The notes below the pieces were generated by a model, which was not told the origin of the DNA, did not search any database, and worked only from the letters and a program-made list of their open reading frames with translations. From contig OZ024749.1 in assembly GCA_964016885.1 (NCBI GenBank), positions 11,532,001 to 11,596,000 on the forward strand: DNA of 64,000 bases, given 5' to 3'. The position numbers and the translations under genes were made by a program. This document shows positions 38,230-52,885 of this stretch, in pieces. Every line of letters starts with the position of its first letter. The first letter of the stretch is position 1. This DNA is from Eledone cirrhosa. Lineage: Eukaryota.

Positions 38230-38930
38230 AATCAGCTCAGAGATGCACAGACCATACACTGGGAGGAATCATCAAAGCTTGGTTTTCAGGTGAGCTGGGT
38301 GAAGACAAAGCTGATGTCAGCAATGGCCCAGGTCCACCTTCGCTTCATATTGGCCTTGACATCATAGAGTTTGTCAGTTCCTTCATTTACCTAGGCTCAA
38401 CTGTCACCAAGCAATGGAGATCTGACTCCAAACCTCAACTGCAGATGTGGCCTGGCCACTGGGGTCATGCACTCGCTATGGAAGCCCCTTTGGCGCCATT
38501 GCTCAATCTTCCAGAAGACGAAGCTCCATATTTACAAAACATCGGTCCTCTCCCTTCTCCTCTATGGAGCAGAAACGTGGCCGCTCATGAAGACCCTGGC
38601 AAAGAGAATCAACGGCTTCGATAGCAGAGCCCTGTGGACCGTTGAGAACATTAGATGGGACCACCACATTTCCAGCGAACAACTGCATGTGTTGGTACAG
38701 GCATGTCCTCTGCCTCCCACCAGATCATCCTATCAGGGCCTTATTCTTGTTCGATGCACTAGCTACAGGCTGGAAGAGGCCCCACACCAGATGGCTGGAT
38801 GTGATTAAGGAAGATCTCCAGAGGCTCAACACTTAGAAGGAAGCAGAGGGACTGGCATGGGACCACCAGCAATGAAGGGCACTGGTGGCTCTGGATGGCT
38901 CTGGGATCGCTAACATAGGATGATCCTGAG
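38230..38930 (+). mobile_element. RTE-like LINE 3' fragment (second lineage, GC-richer)
   Basis: FIYLGSTVT, LWRHCSIFQKTKLHIYKTSVLSLLLYGAETWPL, RWLDVIKEDL. Confidence 0.85.
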
Positions 38931-39109
38931 ACATTCGAAGCACATTTCAGATCTGAAATCTATCAAGTTAGTGAATTACTGGCTCTACCTGGAGCGACTC
39001 TCTGATCTAACAGTACTCTCTATCGAATACCATTACTCCAAAGACCCAGAGCAAGATGGTTAGATAACATCAAGGAGCTCGGCTGGTCTCGCTTGGGGAT
39101 CCAGCCCTA

Positions 39110-39616
39110 TTAACCCTTTAGTGTTCAAACTGGCCAAAACCGCCCAGAATTCTCTACCTCTTTCTGTTGAAACTGGCTGTAACTGGTTGTTCAAACTGAT
39201 GTTAAGGTATTGTTCTCAAAATAAATACTTTCAAAATCTCATAGATTCGATATTATGTGAGATAATTATGTAAGGTAAAGCCTTTACCATGAAAATATAA
39301 TAGTATATATAGAGTAATGTAAATGTTATGTGAGATAATTATACGAGGTAAAGCTTTTACCATGAAAATATAATAATATATATAGAGTAATGTAAATGTT
39401 ATGTGAGGTAAAGCCTTTACCATGAAAATATAATAGTATATATAGAGTAATGTAAATGTTATGTGAGATAATTATGTGAGGTAAAGCTTTTACCATGAAA
39501 ATATAATAATATATATAGAGTAATGTAAATGTTATGTGAGATAATTATACGAGGTAAAGCTTTTACCATGAAAATATAATAGTATATATAGAGTAATGTG
39601 AATGCTAAAGGGTTAA
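39110..39616. mobile_element. piggyBac-type MITE P1 with internal tandem amplification
   Basis: TTAA-CCCTTTAG ... CTAAAGGG-TTAA; an internal unit of about 60-70 bp repeated five times. Confidence 0.82.
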
Positions 39617-39847
39617 TTTAAAACAGTTGCTTCTGATAGGAACTGTTGGAAGGTGACCTTCAGGACTCTGCATCCACAACTGTCCCAGGAATGTGGGTTA
39701 AGAAGTAATAGTAGTTCATATGTCCTCCCCTCCCTTTTTATCTCTCCTGGAGGCAGCTGCAAGGAACCTCATCAGCCAGGTATTTCTGTGTCAAACAGAC
39801 AAAGAGCTTGTACAGTTATTATAACATAGATTCTGTTTCTTTTCCAG

Positions 39848-40004
39848 ATTCGACCTCACTGTCATGCTTTTCGGTCAGGTGTTGCTAATGTCGTCAATTT
39901 GGAATGGTTACGTATGTTTGATGAACATGAACTACAAGAACTGATATCTGGAGCCAACACACCTGTCAACCTCGAAGACTTAAAACAACACACTAATTAT
40001 TCAG
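39848..40004 (+). CDS. UBE3C: UBE3C-like coding exon 12
   Basis: tttccag| ... |gtagat; IRPHCHAFRSGVANVVNLEWLRMFDEHELQELISGANTPVNLEDLKQHTNYS. Confidence 0.96.
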
Positions 40005-40340
40005 GTAGATTCCCAAATTATATTTTTTTTACTCTTTATCACTGTTTTCATTGCTCAAAAGGAACATTATCATCATTATCGTTTCATCTCTATCTTCCAC
40101 ACTAGCATGGGTTAGACGGGTTTGTCCGATTTAGAGGCAAGTTGGGTCAGGTGACCATGTCTTGCTCATAGAGGAGTGTTTCTGGCTGGTATTCTACAGC
40201 TGGATCCCCTTCCTAATGCCAACTACATTTACAGTGTGGGCTGGGAACTTTTTGTCGTGACACCTACACGATCACTTTACAGTGATGTTTTGTGGTACTA
40301 GCATAATATACATATATATATATATATATACACGTGCATG

Positions 40341-40611
40341 TGGAGGCACGTGGCCTAGTGGTAAGAGTGTTGGACTTACGATCATAATGTCGTGGGTTCG
40401 ATTCCTGGGTTGCATGTTGTTCTTGAGCAAAACACTTCATTTCACGTTGCTCCAGTATACTCAGCTGAAAATGAGTACCAGCAATAGCTGGAGGTTTAAC
40501 CCTGCGATGGACTGGTGTCCTGTCCAGGGGGGGAGTCTTGTACTCTGTCGCTTCATGCCATGAAACCGGGATAAGCACCGACCAAATGAGCCTTCTGGTT
40601 TAAGACAGACT
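40341..40611 (+). mobile_element. tRNA-derived SINE family C
   Basis: A-box tggcctagtgg, B-box ggttcgattcc, ttcttgagcaaaacac domain, ccctgcgatggactggtgtcctgtccaggg domain. Confidence 0.8.
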
Positions 40612-40644
40612 TTAGACTTAGATACATATGCATATATCAAGATA

Positions 40645-40822
40645 ATTGTTTCTACTTTAGGCACAAGGCCAGCAATTACCTAGTGCATTACTGGTACTTT
40701 ATTTTATCGACCCCGTAAGGATGAAAGGCAAAGTCAACCTCGGCGGGATTTGAACTCAGATCGTAAAGGGACGTAACTCTGCTGGAAAGCATGGCGTCCG
40801 ACCCTCTACCGATACTGCCAAT
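40645..40822 (-). mobile_element. SINE family B copy
   Basis: Reverse complement of 31915-32095. Confidence 0.8.
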
Positions 40823-40913
40823 TATCATGATAATGATATATGCATATGTATATATTTGCATGCATATACATATATATAATATACATACACATGTCATACA
40901 TATACATACACAC

Positions 40914-40961
<48 letters not shown>

Positions 40962-41352
40962 TATTTTAGGCCCAAGGCCGGCAAATTTAAGGGAAGGACA
41001 AAGTAATTAAACCAGCCTCAGTAAAGTTGATTAAATTAACTGTTTTTTTATTTTATCCCAGAAATATGAAAGGCAAAGTTGACCTCAGTAGGATTTGTAA
41101 AAAATCAGAACAAATAGTGTAGTTGCATTTTATCTGACGCTCTACCGATTCTGACAATTTAACACCCTTAAAAGCAGATATATTAACAATTGGTGTTTAT
41201 ATTTACCCTGGTTAATAACTGGTGAAGGGATGTACTGGAGAGGACACCTTTCGTTCATGCCAGCATAGAAAAACAAAAATGATGATGATGAAGAATTTTC
41301 AAAATTGTTTTCTTTCTTTATGTTTTATCTAAAATATTATTTTCTCCTATAG

Positions 41353-41483
41353 GGGGGTTTACTGCTGAACATCCTGTGATAGAAATCTTCTGGAAAGTTG
41401 TCCAGGAATTGACTGATCAGCAACTAAGACTGTTGTTAAAATTTGTAACAAGCTGTTCTCGGCCACCTCTGTTGGGCTTTAAG
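41353..41483 (+). CDS. UBE3C: UBE3C-like coding exon 13 (HECT C-lobe)
   Basis: cctatag| ... |gtcagt; GGFTAEHPVIEIFWKVVQELTDQQLRLLLKFVTSCSRPPLLGFK. Confidence 0.97.
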
Positions 41484-41684
41484 GTCAGTACTCGAGTTCT
41501 GAATCATTAACCTATTTTCACACCAAATTGACCATGATTTTAGGAAAGAAAATTGTTTATTTTATAGTGTTTATATTTATCTAAAAACCTTCTATCATGT
41601 TTTTATGTAAGAAACTTTGTGATATAAAACTTTATTTTAAAGTGTTTATTTTTATCTGCAAACTTTCCATCATACGTTTATGTA

Positions 41685-43662
41685 AGAACCTTCTATCGTA
41701 AGTTTATGTAAAAACCTTCCATCATAAGTCTATATAAGAACCTTCCATCATAGTCTATATAAGAACCTTCCATCATAAGTCTATATAAGAACCTTCCATC
41801 ATAAGTCTATATAAGAACCTTCCATCATAAGTCTATATAAGAACCTTCTATCGTAAGTTTATGTAAAAACCTTCCATCATAGTCTATATAAGAACCTTCC
41901 ATCATAAGTCTATATAAGAACCTTCCATCATAAGTCTATATAAGAACCTTCCATCATAGTCTATATAAGAACCTTCCATCATAGTCTATATAAGAACCTT
42001 CCATCATAAGTCTATGTAAGAACCTTCCATCATAAGTTTATGTAAGAACCTTCCATCATAAGTCTATATAAGAACCTTCCATCATAGTCTATATAAGAAC
42101 CTTCCATCATAAGTCTATGTAAGAACCTTCCATCATAAGTTTATGTAAGAACCTTCCATCATAAGTATATATAAGAACCTTCCATCATAAGTCTATATAA
42201 GAACCTTCCATCATAAGTTTATGTAAGAACCTTCCATCATAAGTATATATAAGAACCTTCCATCATAAGTCTATATAAGAACCTTCCATCATAAGTCTAT
42301 ATAAGAACCTTCCATCATAAGTCTATATAAGAACCTTCAATCATAAGTCTATGTAAGAACCTTCCATCATAAGTTTATGTAAGAACCTTCCATCATAAGT
42401 CTATATAAGAACCTTCCATCATAAGTCTATATAAGAACCTTCCATCATAAGTCTATATAAGAACCTTCCATCATAAGTCTATATAAGAACCTTCCATCAT
42501 AAGTCTATATAAGAACCTTCCATCATAAGTCTATATAAGAACCTTCCATCATAAGTCTATATAAGAACCTTCCATCATAAGTCTATATAAGAACCTTCCA
42601 TCATAAGTCTATATAAGAACCTTCCATCATAAGTCTATATAAGAACCTTCCATCATAAGTCTATATAAGAACCTTCAATCATAAGTTTATGTAAGAACCT
42701 TCCATCATAAGTATATATAAGAACCTTCCATCATAAGTCTATGTAAGAACCTTCCATCATAAGTTTATGTAAGAACCTTCCATCATAAGTCTATATAAGA
42801 ACCTTCAATCATAAGTCTATATAAGAACCTTCAATCATAAGTCTATATAAGAACCTTCCATCATAAGTTTATGTAAGAACCTTCCATCATAAGTATATAT
42901 AAGAACCTTCCATCATAAGTCTATATAAGAACCTTCCATCATAAGTCTATATAAGAACCTTCCATCATAAGTCTATATAAGAACCTTCCATCATAAGTCT
43001 ATATAAGAACCTTCCATCATAAGTCTATATAAGAACCTTCCATCATAAGTTTATGTAAGAACCTTCCATCATAAGTCTATATAAGAACCTTCAATCATAA
43101 GTCTATATAAGAACCTTCAATCATAAGTCTATATAAGAACCTTCCATCATAAGTTTATGTAAGAACCTTCCATCATAAGTATATATAAGAACCTTCCATC
43201 ATAAGTCTATATAAGAACCTTCCATCATAAGTCTATATAAGAACCTTCCATCATAAGTCTATATAAGAACCTTCAATCATAAGTATATGTAAGAACCTTC
43301 CATCATAAGTCTATGTAAAAACCTTCCATCATAAGTCTATCTAAGAACCTTCCATCATAAGTCTATATAAGAACCTTCCATCATAAGTCTATATAAGAAC
43401 CTTCTATCGTAAGTTTATGTAAAAACCTTCCATCATAAGTCTATATAAGAACCTTCCATCATAAGTCTATATAAGAACCTTCCATCATAAGTCTATATAA
43501 GAACCTTCCATCATAAGTTTATGTAAAAACCTTCCATCATAAGTCTATATAAGAACCTTCCATCATAAGTCTATATAAGAACCTTCCATCATAGTCTATA
43601 TAAGAACCTTCCATCATAAGTCTATATAAGAACCTTCCATCATAAGTATATGTAAGAACCTT
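41685..43662. repeat. 26-bp minisatellite (aagaaccttccatcataagtctatat)n, about 75 copies, inside a TTAA-flanked MITE (about 41507-44130)
   Basis: Direct tandem array; the unit matches the single-copy MITE motif aaaaccttccatcataattttatataagaac at about 36770-36800. Confidence 0.97.
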
Positions 43663-44089
43663 TGTCATAGAAAATTGTTTATTTGATAGTGTTTATATTT
43701 ATCTAAAACCTTCCGTCATATTTTTATGTAAGAAACTTTGTGATATAAAATTTTACTTTAACACATTTATATCGACAAACTTTCAATCATAAATTTATTT
43801 AAAAACCTTTCTTAAGTTATGCTCCAAACACCAGCTGTTTCGCAATACTAATTAATTGTGAATAGAAATACAAATTCTTGCTCATCAGTGGGTGACAAAT
43901 TAGTATCCTAGACACTTCTAAGTATATTAAGTAACTGAATAGTGTGCTATATATAATAACGCATATGGCATCTTAGCGTGTCTCACAAACTTACACCACT
44001 AAAAATAACAGCCAGGTTTATTCGAGTCATGTTACTAAATCCATTGAAATTCTGGATTATTTTCAAAGTGATTTGGAAATGAAATCAAA

Positions 44090-44440
44090 GACAGTGTCTT
44101 TCGTTAGAAATATGGTAATGAAAGGGTTAAAGACATAGGCAGTGTCTTTCATTAGAAATATGGTAATGAAAGGGTTAATGACATAGTGTTTTTCATTAGA
44201 AATATGATAATGAAAGGGTTAATGACATAGACAGTGTTCATTAGAAATATGGTAACAAAAGGGTTAATGACATAGACAGTGTTTTTCATTAGAAATATGA
44301 TAATGAAAGGGTTAATGTCATAGACAGTGTCTTTCATTAGAAATATCGTAATGAATGGGTTAATGTCATAGACAGTGTCTTTCATTAGAAATATGGTAAT
44401 GAATGGGTTAATGACATTGTGCCTTTCATTAGAAATATGA
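44090..44440. repeat. Tandem amplification of a MITE terminus (about 46-bp unit, about 7 copies)
   Basis: cattagaaatatggtaatgaaagggttaatgacatagacagtgtcttt repeated. Confidence 0.88.
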
Positions 44441-44914
44441 GGAACTAACCTATTTTTTTTCTTTATTTAATTATATTTGAATAAGTTATAACTTGCCAAG
44501 TGGCTGTATTCTTTAATCTATTTGTCCAGTCACGGCCAAACTGCAGTCCGTTTGACTTTCTGAATGACACCTAATTTTCAGTAGTGTGGCCTGCCTTATG
44601 ATGAGCCACATCTTATTTGGCTCATTGCTAGAGAAAGGTTGCCTATGTTAAAAGATGATGATGATAAACACATACATTCTCTCCAAAATATTTTTTTCTA
44701 TTTCTTCCTCTTCTCATTATCTTCTATCTTTTTATTTCTTTTATTTCTCATTCTATCTTCTGATGAAGGACTAACATCTGAAACGTTAACACTCTTTTTC
44801 TACTATATCAAGCATTAACCTAATATATATCTTTATTATACTGTATGGTTTTGCTGTGTTATTTATCCATTTACTTTTCATATATATATATATTTATATT
44901 ATTTTCTTTTGTAG

Positions 44915-45085
44915 GATTTATATCCAGTGTTTTGTATCCATAATGCTGGTACTGAACTGGAGCGATTACCAACTGCTAGTACATGTATGAATCTTCTGAA
45001 ACTTCCAGAATTTTACAGTGAGGAGACAATGAGAAGTAAATTACTGTATGCTATTGAATCATCGACTGGATTTGAGCTCAGTTAG
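44915..45085 (+). CDS. UBE3C: UBE3C-like final coding exon with catalytic Cys and stop codon
   Basis: ttttgtag|; [56 protein letters not shown]; HECT catalytic Cys codon at 44984-44986, TAG at 45083-45085. Confidence 0.97.
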   Translation, partial: DLYPVFCIHNAGTELERLPTASTCMNLLKLPEFYSEETMRSKLLYAIESSTGFELS

Positions 45086-45959
45086 ATCATCCATTGTATT
45101 GTAATTATTCTTCCAACATTGGACAACTATGGAAGAGTTCCTTTCATTTACTTTTAGCCAACTCTTCTTAAAAAATCCAGAACTAGAACTAGCCAGGATT
45201 GTGTGCTAGAATTAAAACAAAGCAAAAAAAAAATAATATATATTTGTTTGAAAGACTGAGACTTTCTCACATTCTTACTGCTACTCATCATGTCTCTACA
45301 TATGGATAATATAGAAATAGTATTTCTTTGCTTAGGAATGGCAGAATTGTTAGAGCACTGGACCAAATGCCTTATGCATGGTATTTAGTTTTGCAGCTCT
45401 TAACGTTCTGAGTTCAAATCCCATCATGATCAGGTCAACTTTTACCTTTCTTCCTTCCATAAATGATGGTGATGCTGGTCAATAAAATAGCAGTGAAGTA
45501 CTGGGGGTCAATTTAATCAATTTCTTTCCTCCTCTTCTCGCCAAATTGCTGGCCTTGTGCTTAAATTAGAAATTTTTATTTGGAAAATAGTGGTGGATTG
45601 TCAGAATTGGTAGATCATCAGTTAAAATACCTTTGTGCTGTTCTGGTTGTTTACATTCTGAGTTTAAATCCAGCCGGGGTTGATAATGTACCAGTCACAT
45701 ACTGTGGGTTGATGTAATCAACTTTCTCCTCCCACTCCTCCATAAATTGCTGGCCTTGGGCCTAAATTAGAAAATATTTAGTTGTTGCTACTATCTTCCT
45801 TCTGAACACACACAACACATAAGGTATAGAGATATGTATATAAGATGTATTATAGGTAAATATATATAAGCTAGATGTATATATACAACATAGATATAGA
45901 GTTAGATATGTATATAAGATGTGTAGGTAAATATATATATATGTATGATAAACACATGT

Positions 45960-46175
45960 TTAACACATTCGCATTTACATTACTCTATATTTACTATTGT
46001 ATTTTCAAGGTAAAGGCTTTATCTTACATAGTATCGAAGCTACAAGATGTTGATGTTATTTATTTTGAGAACAATATCTTAACATTGGTATGAGTGGCTG
46101 GTTACAGTTGGTTTAAATAGAAAGAAGTGAGAGAATTCTGGCCAGATACGGCCAGTTTAAATGCTAAAGGGTTAA
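45960..46175. mobile_element. piggyBac-type MITE P1
   Basis: Homologous to 1910-2122; right end aatgctaaaggg-TTAA. Confidence 0.75.
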
Positions 46176-46744
46176 GACAGATGGATGGCTAAATATGTAT
46201 ATGATAGATTACACACACACATATATATATATATGTATAGATAGATTTGTATGTAATATAGGTATATAGATAGATATGTATATACTATAGATATATAGAA
46301 ATATATGTATATATAATGCATATATAAATATAGAGTATATATATTATATATATATATATGTGTGTGTGGATATGTATATAAGGTATATAAATATATATAT
46401 AGAGAGAGAAAAATATGTATATAGGATGGATATATATCATCATCATTGTTTAAGGTCAATTTTCCACACTAGCATATACATATCCGCACACACACGCACA
46501 CACACATGTGTGCGTGTGCGGATATGTATATATATATATATATAGAGAGAGAAAGATATGTATATAGGATGGATATATATCATCATCATTGTTTAAGGTC
46601 AATTTTCCACACTAGCATTGGAAGGACAGGAAGTCCCTTTGTTAGAGATCAGGTCAGAGAACCTTCATTCACATACTCGGAGCTGATTTGGTGTTGTTTT
46701 CTGCAGCTGGATGCCCTTCCATATATAGATATAGATATGTATAG

Positions 46745-46799
<55 letters not shown>

Positions 46800-46931
46800 C
46801 ATACATACACACACATGTATATATATATATATATGTGTATATATGTATGTATATGTATGTATATATATGCATATATAGATGTATGTATGTATCATCATCA
46901 TCATCATTTTACGTCCGCTTTTCCCTGCTTG

Positions 46932-46974
<43 letters not shown>

Positions 46975-47016
46975 CAATATATTAATAAATGGAAACTATA
47001 TTTATAAAACCATATT

Positions 47017-47082
47017 TATTTTATTATATATATTTCAAGGGCAACCAAGGCAAATTATGGTGCGCTTTCATCAGATAAAATA
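47017..47082 (-). ncRNA. Type I minimal hammerhead ribozyme (inverted copy)
   Basis: Reverse complement of 47220-47285. Confidence 0.82.
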
Positions 47083-47219
47083 CAGATTTGTTTTATAAAT
47101 AAATATTGACATACCCGGAAAAAAAGACAACCTTAACGATTGGAGCTTCCAGGAAGCTCCAACTGTTAAGGTTGTCTTTTTTTCCGGGTATGTCAATATT
47201 TATTTATAAAACAAATCTG

Positions 47220-47285
47220 TATTTTATCTGATGAAAGCGCACCATAATTTGCCTTGGTTGCCCTTGAAATATATATAATAAAATA
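47220..47285 (+). ncRNA. Type I minimal hammerhead ribozyme
   Basis: UAUUUUAU-CUGAUGA-AAGCGCACCA...UGGUUGCCCUU-GAA-AUAUAUAU-A-AUAAAAUA. Confidence 0.85.
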
Positions 47286-47417
47286 AATATGGTTTTATAA
47301 ATATAGTTTCCATTTATTAATATATTGTGTATTTACTCCACTAACTTGTTGAGTGCTTTATATCAGTTATAAAAATGTTTAAGCTTGTTGAATCCCAACA
47401 AAATTAAATATAACCTC

Positions 47418-47453
<36 letters not shown>

Positions 47454-47511
47454 ATATATGTATGTATATATGTATATATATATATATGTATTATATGTAT
47501 GTATATATGTA

Positions 47512-47545
<34 letters not shown>

Positions 47546-47710
47546 TATATATATGTATATATATATATATGTATATATATATGTATATATATATATATGT
47601 ATATATAGATATATGTATGTATATATATATGTATATATATATATATGTATGTATATATGTATATATATGTATATATATATGTATATATATATATATGTAT
47701 GTATATATAT

Positions 47711-47778
<68 letters not shown>

Positions 47779-47898
47779 ATGTACATATATATATATATAT
47801 ATATATTTATGTTTTATATCAGTTATAAAAATGTTTAAGCTTGTTGAATCCCAACAAAATTAAATATAACTTCTGCATATATATGTAATATATGTATG

Positions 47899-48385
47899 TA
47901 TCATCATCATCATCATCATCATTTTACGTCCGCTTTTGCCTGCTTGCAAGGGTGGGACGGGTCTTATTCAGCACAGCATCTCTCCACTCGTCACGGTCCT
48001 TCATCATCTCCACCGTGAGCTTCAATGATCTGAGGTCTGTTCTCACCACCTCCGCCCATGTTTTTCGTGGTCTACCTCTACCACGTCTTCCTTCAACTGG
48101 CATTTCCTGGCACTTCTTCACCCATCGGTCATCCTCCATGCGCATCACATATCCATACCACCTCAGTCTCCTCTCCCGTACACTACATTCTATCTTTCTC
48201 AGACACAGTTTCTCTCTTAACACATTTATGCTGGGTCGTTCACGCACATTTACACTGCACATCCAATGGAGCATACTTGCCTCATTTCTCACCAGCCGTC
48301 GCATATCCTCTGCAGTTGCTGCCCATGTCTCACTACCATGCAGCATCGCGCTCCTCACACAGGCATAATACAACCGGCCTTTCAT
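47899..48385 (-). mobile_element. Young RTE LINE 3' fragment
   Basis: Uninterrupted 153-aa [24 protein letters not shown]...[11 protein letters not shown]...[12 protein letters not shown] followed by (tga)n. Confidence 0.92.
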
Positions 48386-48516
48386 ATATATATATGTATG
48401 TATATATATACATATATATATGTATATATGTATGTATATATATGTATATATGTATGTGTCTATATATATGTATATATATGTATATATGTATGTATATATA
48501 TATATATGTATATATG

Positions 48517-48598
<82 letters not shown>

Positions 48599-48739
48599 GA
48601 TATATGTATATATATGTATATAGATATATGTATATATAGATATATGTATATATAGATATATGTATGTATATATAGATATGTATGTATATATAGATGTGTA
48701 TGTATATATAGATGTGTATGTATATATATGTATGTATAT

Positions 48740-48960
48740 ATATTGTTATACTTTGGGAGGGTCATGTTGCCAATAAGAAACACACGCACCAGTTGCTTTC
48801 ACTTCAATTTATTATAATAAATTTATAATAAATTGAAGTGAAAGCAACTGGTGCGTGTGTTTCTTATTGGCAACATGACCCTCCCAAAGTATAACAATAT
48901 CGGTTTAAACACACGATTTCAGATAAAGAATCTTGCTAAACAAATTCAGAAACGAAATAT
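48740..48960 (+). mobile_element. Fold-back element 3a: 78-bp perfect arms, 5-nt loop, 60-bp tail
   Basis: 48740-48817 and 48823-48900 are reverse complements; same family as 52886-53300. Confidence 0.85.
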
Positions 48961-49407
48961 GTATATATATATATATATGTATGTATATATATATATGTAT
49001 GTATATATGTATGTATGTATATATATATATATGTGTATATATAGATATATGTATGTATGTATATATATATATATGTATGTATGTATATATATATGTATGT
49101 ATATATATGTATATATATATATATGTATGTATATATATATATGTATGTATATATATATATATATATATATATAGATATATGTATGTATATATATATGTAT
49201 GTATATGTACATATATATATTTATGTATATATGTATGTATATGTACATATATATATATGTATGTATATATATATATGTATGTATATGTACATATACATAT
49301 ATTTATGTATATATGTATGTATATGTACATATATATATATTTATGTACATATATATGTATATATACATATATGTATGTATATATATGTATGCATATATAT
49401 GTATGCA

Positions 49408-49527
<120 letters not shown>

Positions 49528-49616
49528 GTGTGTATATATATGTATGGATATATATATATATATATTATATGTATATATATGTATGGATATATATATATAT
49601 GTATATATATGTATGG

Positions 49617-49649
<33 letters not shown>

Positions 49650-49653
49650 GATG

Positions 49654-49686
<33 letters not shown>

Positions 49687-49876
49687 GTATGGATATATAT
49701 ATATATATATATATGTATGGATATATATATATGTATATATATGTATGGATATATATATATGTATATATATGTATGCATCTATATATATGTATATATATGT
49801 ATGCATATATATATATATGTATATGTATGCATATATATATATATATGTATGCATATATATGTATATATATGTATGC

Positions 49877-49908
<32 letters not shown>

Positions 49909-49959
49909 GTATGCATATATATGTATATATATGTATGCATATATATATATATATGTATG

Positions 49960-49991
<32 letters not shown>

Positions 49992-50057
49992 TGTATGTAT
50001 ATATATATGTATGTATATATATATATATATGTATGTATATATATATATATATGTATG

Positions 50058-50092
<35 letters not shown>

Positions 50093-50137
50093 GTATGTAT
50101 ATATATATATATATGTATGTGTATATATATATATATG

Positions 50138-50208
<71 letters not shown>

Positions 50209-50241
50209 ATATGTATGTATGTATGTATATATGTATGTATG

Positions 50242-50290
<49 letters not shown>

Positions 50291-50349
50291 ATATATATAT
50301 ATACATATATATATATAATATATATATATATGTGTGTGTGTGTGTATAT

Positions 50350-50596
50350 ATCTTCTTCTTGTGACGCTAAACTACACCAGTTGCAGACTGTGAATTAACA
50401 TGAGATATCTCTCTCCACAAAGTTCGATCAGCAACAGCAGAGTTTAAAGAGCAAAGATCAAGTCCAGTCCTTAAGTTGACATTGTTAAGCCATTGTTTTG
50501 ACTGCCGGACTCTGCTTCTCTTACCAGCCAACCTTCCTCCCAGGCAAAATCTACTCACACCAAGAGTTGATCTTTTTATATGGCCGTATAGTTTGA

Positions 50597-50600
<4 letters not shown>
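50350..50600 (-). mobile_element. RTE-like LINE extreme 3' fragment
   Basis: LKLYGHIKR...LGGRLAGKRSRVRQSKQWLNNV...DRTLWREI on the minus strand. Confidence 0.65.
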
Positions 50601-50684
<84 letters not shown>

Positions 50685-51779
50685 CATATATATGCAACCT
50701 TAAAACCCTGATAGATATTTTAAAGATGTTTATTTTCTTTTGCCTGTTAAAAATGGTAAGAATGATATAAAATTGTTAACCAAAGTTGTATGTGACTGTG
50801 AACCCTACAAAACTCTAGCTAATATATATATATGTGTGTATATATATAAATATATAAATAAAAGGCAGAGTTAATAACTCCTATTGATACCCTGTAATAT
50901 ATGTATATATATTGAAAGAGTGAAGAATAACATGGTCAACAGTACAAAAAAGGGGTTTTAGTTACAGTATTAACAATACAAAGCATTCACAACCGCTAAA
51001 TGGATTACCTATAACGATATTTTGTTATCCCTTATATATATAGTTACAGGTGATGCACTGTTCCAAGCACTCGATGCTGTTTTGAGGTCTGTCTTGTGTT
51101 GGGTTGTATTTTAGAGTTAATGCGGCTAGAGTGTGCAGTGTAAATATAGTAAGTAGAATCAAAGTCACTGTTGTGGCATATATATTGTCACTTTATTGGC
51201 ATATTACAACTGTTTCAATATCGATCAGCTCAGTTTGGATATGTCTTTGCACATATAAACCCGCATATCTAAGGAGATGTCAAAGAAGAGTCAGGCCTTA
51301 GTCATTACAATTGTACCCTGAACTGATTGATTTTGAAACGATTGTAATATGTCAATAAAGTTTACATATATGCTGCAATAATGACTTCAATCCTACTTAC
51401 TTTATATATATATAAGCAAAGCTGAACTCAGAAAAATTGATATAGAAGACAAACGAAGAAAAGCATGTATTTTTTATCAGCTACCACCATTGCTCTCCTA
51501 GAAAATAGTTTCATGTCTAAGGGTGATGTCCTGTTACTTCCAGACTGCGGAATGGGTTGGAAGAAGAAGGCACAGGTCACTGGAAAGACGTATGTGAACA
51601 ATATAACAACATAGAAATAAACAATCATATGTGTATGTACATATATGTGTGTATGTATATATATATATGTGTGTGTGTATGTATGTGTGTCTATATGTAT
51701 ATGTGTGTAAGTTGAGCATATTTGCCAAGTTTACAATGTGTAAATTTATAAACACATTTACACAATCTCGTTGACTGCT

Positions 51780-52300
<521 letters not shown>

Positions 52301-52347
52301 AATATGGAAAACGAAGAATCAGTGATGCATCGAAACACAATTTATTA

Positions 52348-52423
52348 ACGTATTACAAGTGTTTCTCCGGTGAACAGCTCGAAGTACAATCTATTTGTGG
52401 ATCCGCAAGTTCTTCAGATATGT
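52348..52423 (-). ncRNA. Degenerate hammerhead-like motif
   Basis: ACAUAU-CUGAAGA-...-GAA-ACACUUGU-A-AUACGU; stems I and III plausible, base of stem II unpaired. Confidence 0.45.
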
Positions 52424-52885
52424 CTAGCAACTTCGAAGCAAATCTTCCGCCCGATGTTATTCTGTCCCTTTGCATTTCCTCCATCTGTCATCATCCTGTT
52501 TACGTGGGCCATCCATTGGTCAAGAGTTTGAGTCGTCATCTGTATGTTTGACCATTCAAAAATGGCCACTGTCTATTTCCATTCAGCTGTCACTCACCTT
52601 AATTCTATCGCCAGAATTACTGCTACGTGGGCAGGGGGTTCTGATCTGCCTTGCCTGCCCCGAGTTTGCTCGTACCTCGACATACACACACCCACATGCG
52701 TGTGCTCACCCACAGACAATCAGAACTCCTGATCACACACGTATTTGCGTGGACATGTACACACACACACACACACACAAACGTGTGCATGCACATACAT
52801 ATTTCTGGACAGAAATAGCCGTCGAAACGGCTTGAACTCTGCCGTCGGGGTTAAACATTTTCCTATATATATATATATGTATATA

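Larger units (their letters stand above)
46975..47420 (+). mobile_element. Fold-back element 2: arms of about 175 bp around a 1-nt loop (47151) + tail of about 90 bp, in (TA)n
   Basis: Near-perfect palindrome ...ggagcttcc a ggaagctcc...; family fragments also at 47812-47878, 60489-60647 and from about 63962. Confidence 0.85.

Noticed and set aside
45481-45486. AATAAA as the UBE3C poly(A) signal
   Set aside because: It lies inside a SINE remnant in AT-rich DNA where the hexamer is common; cannot be supported without transcript data.
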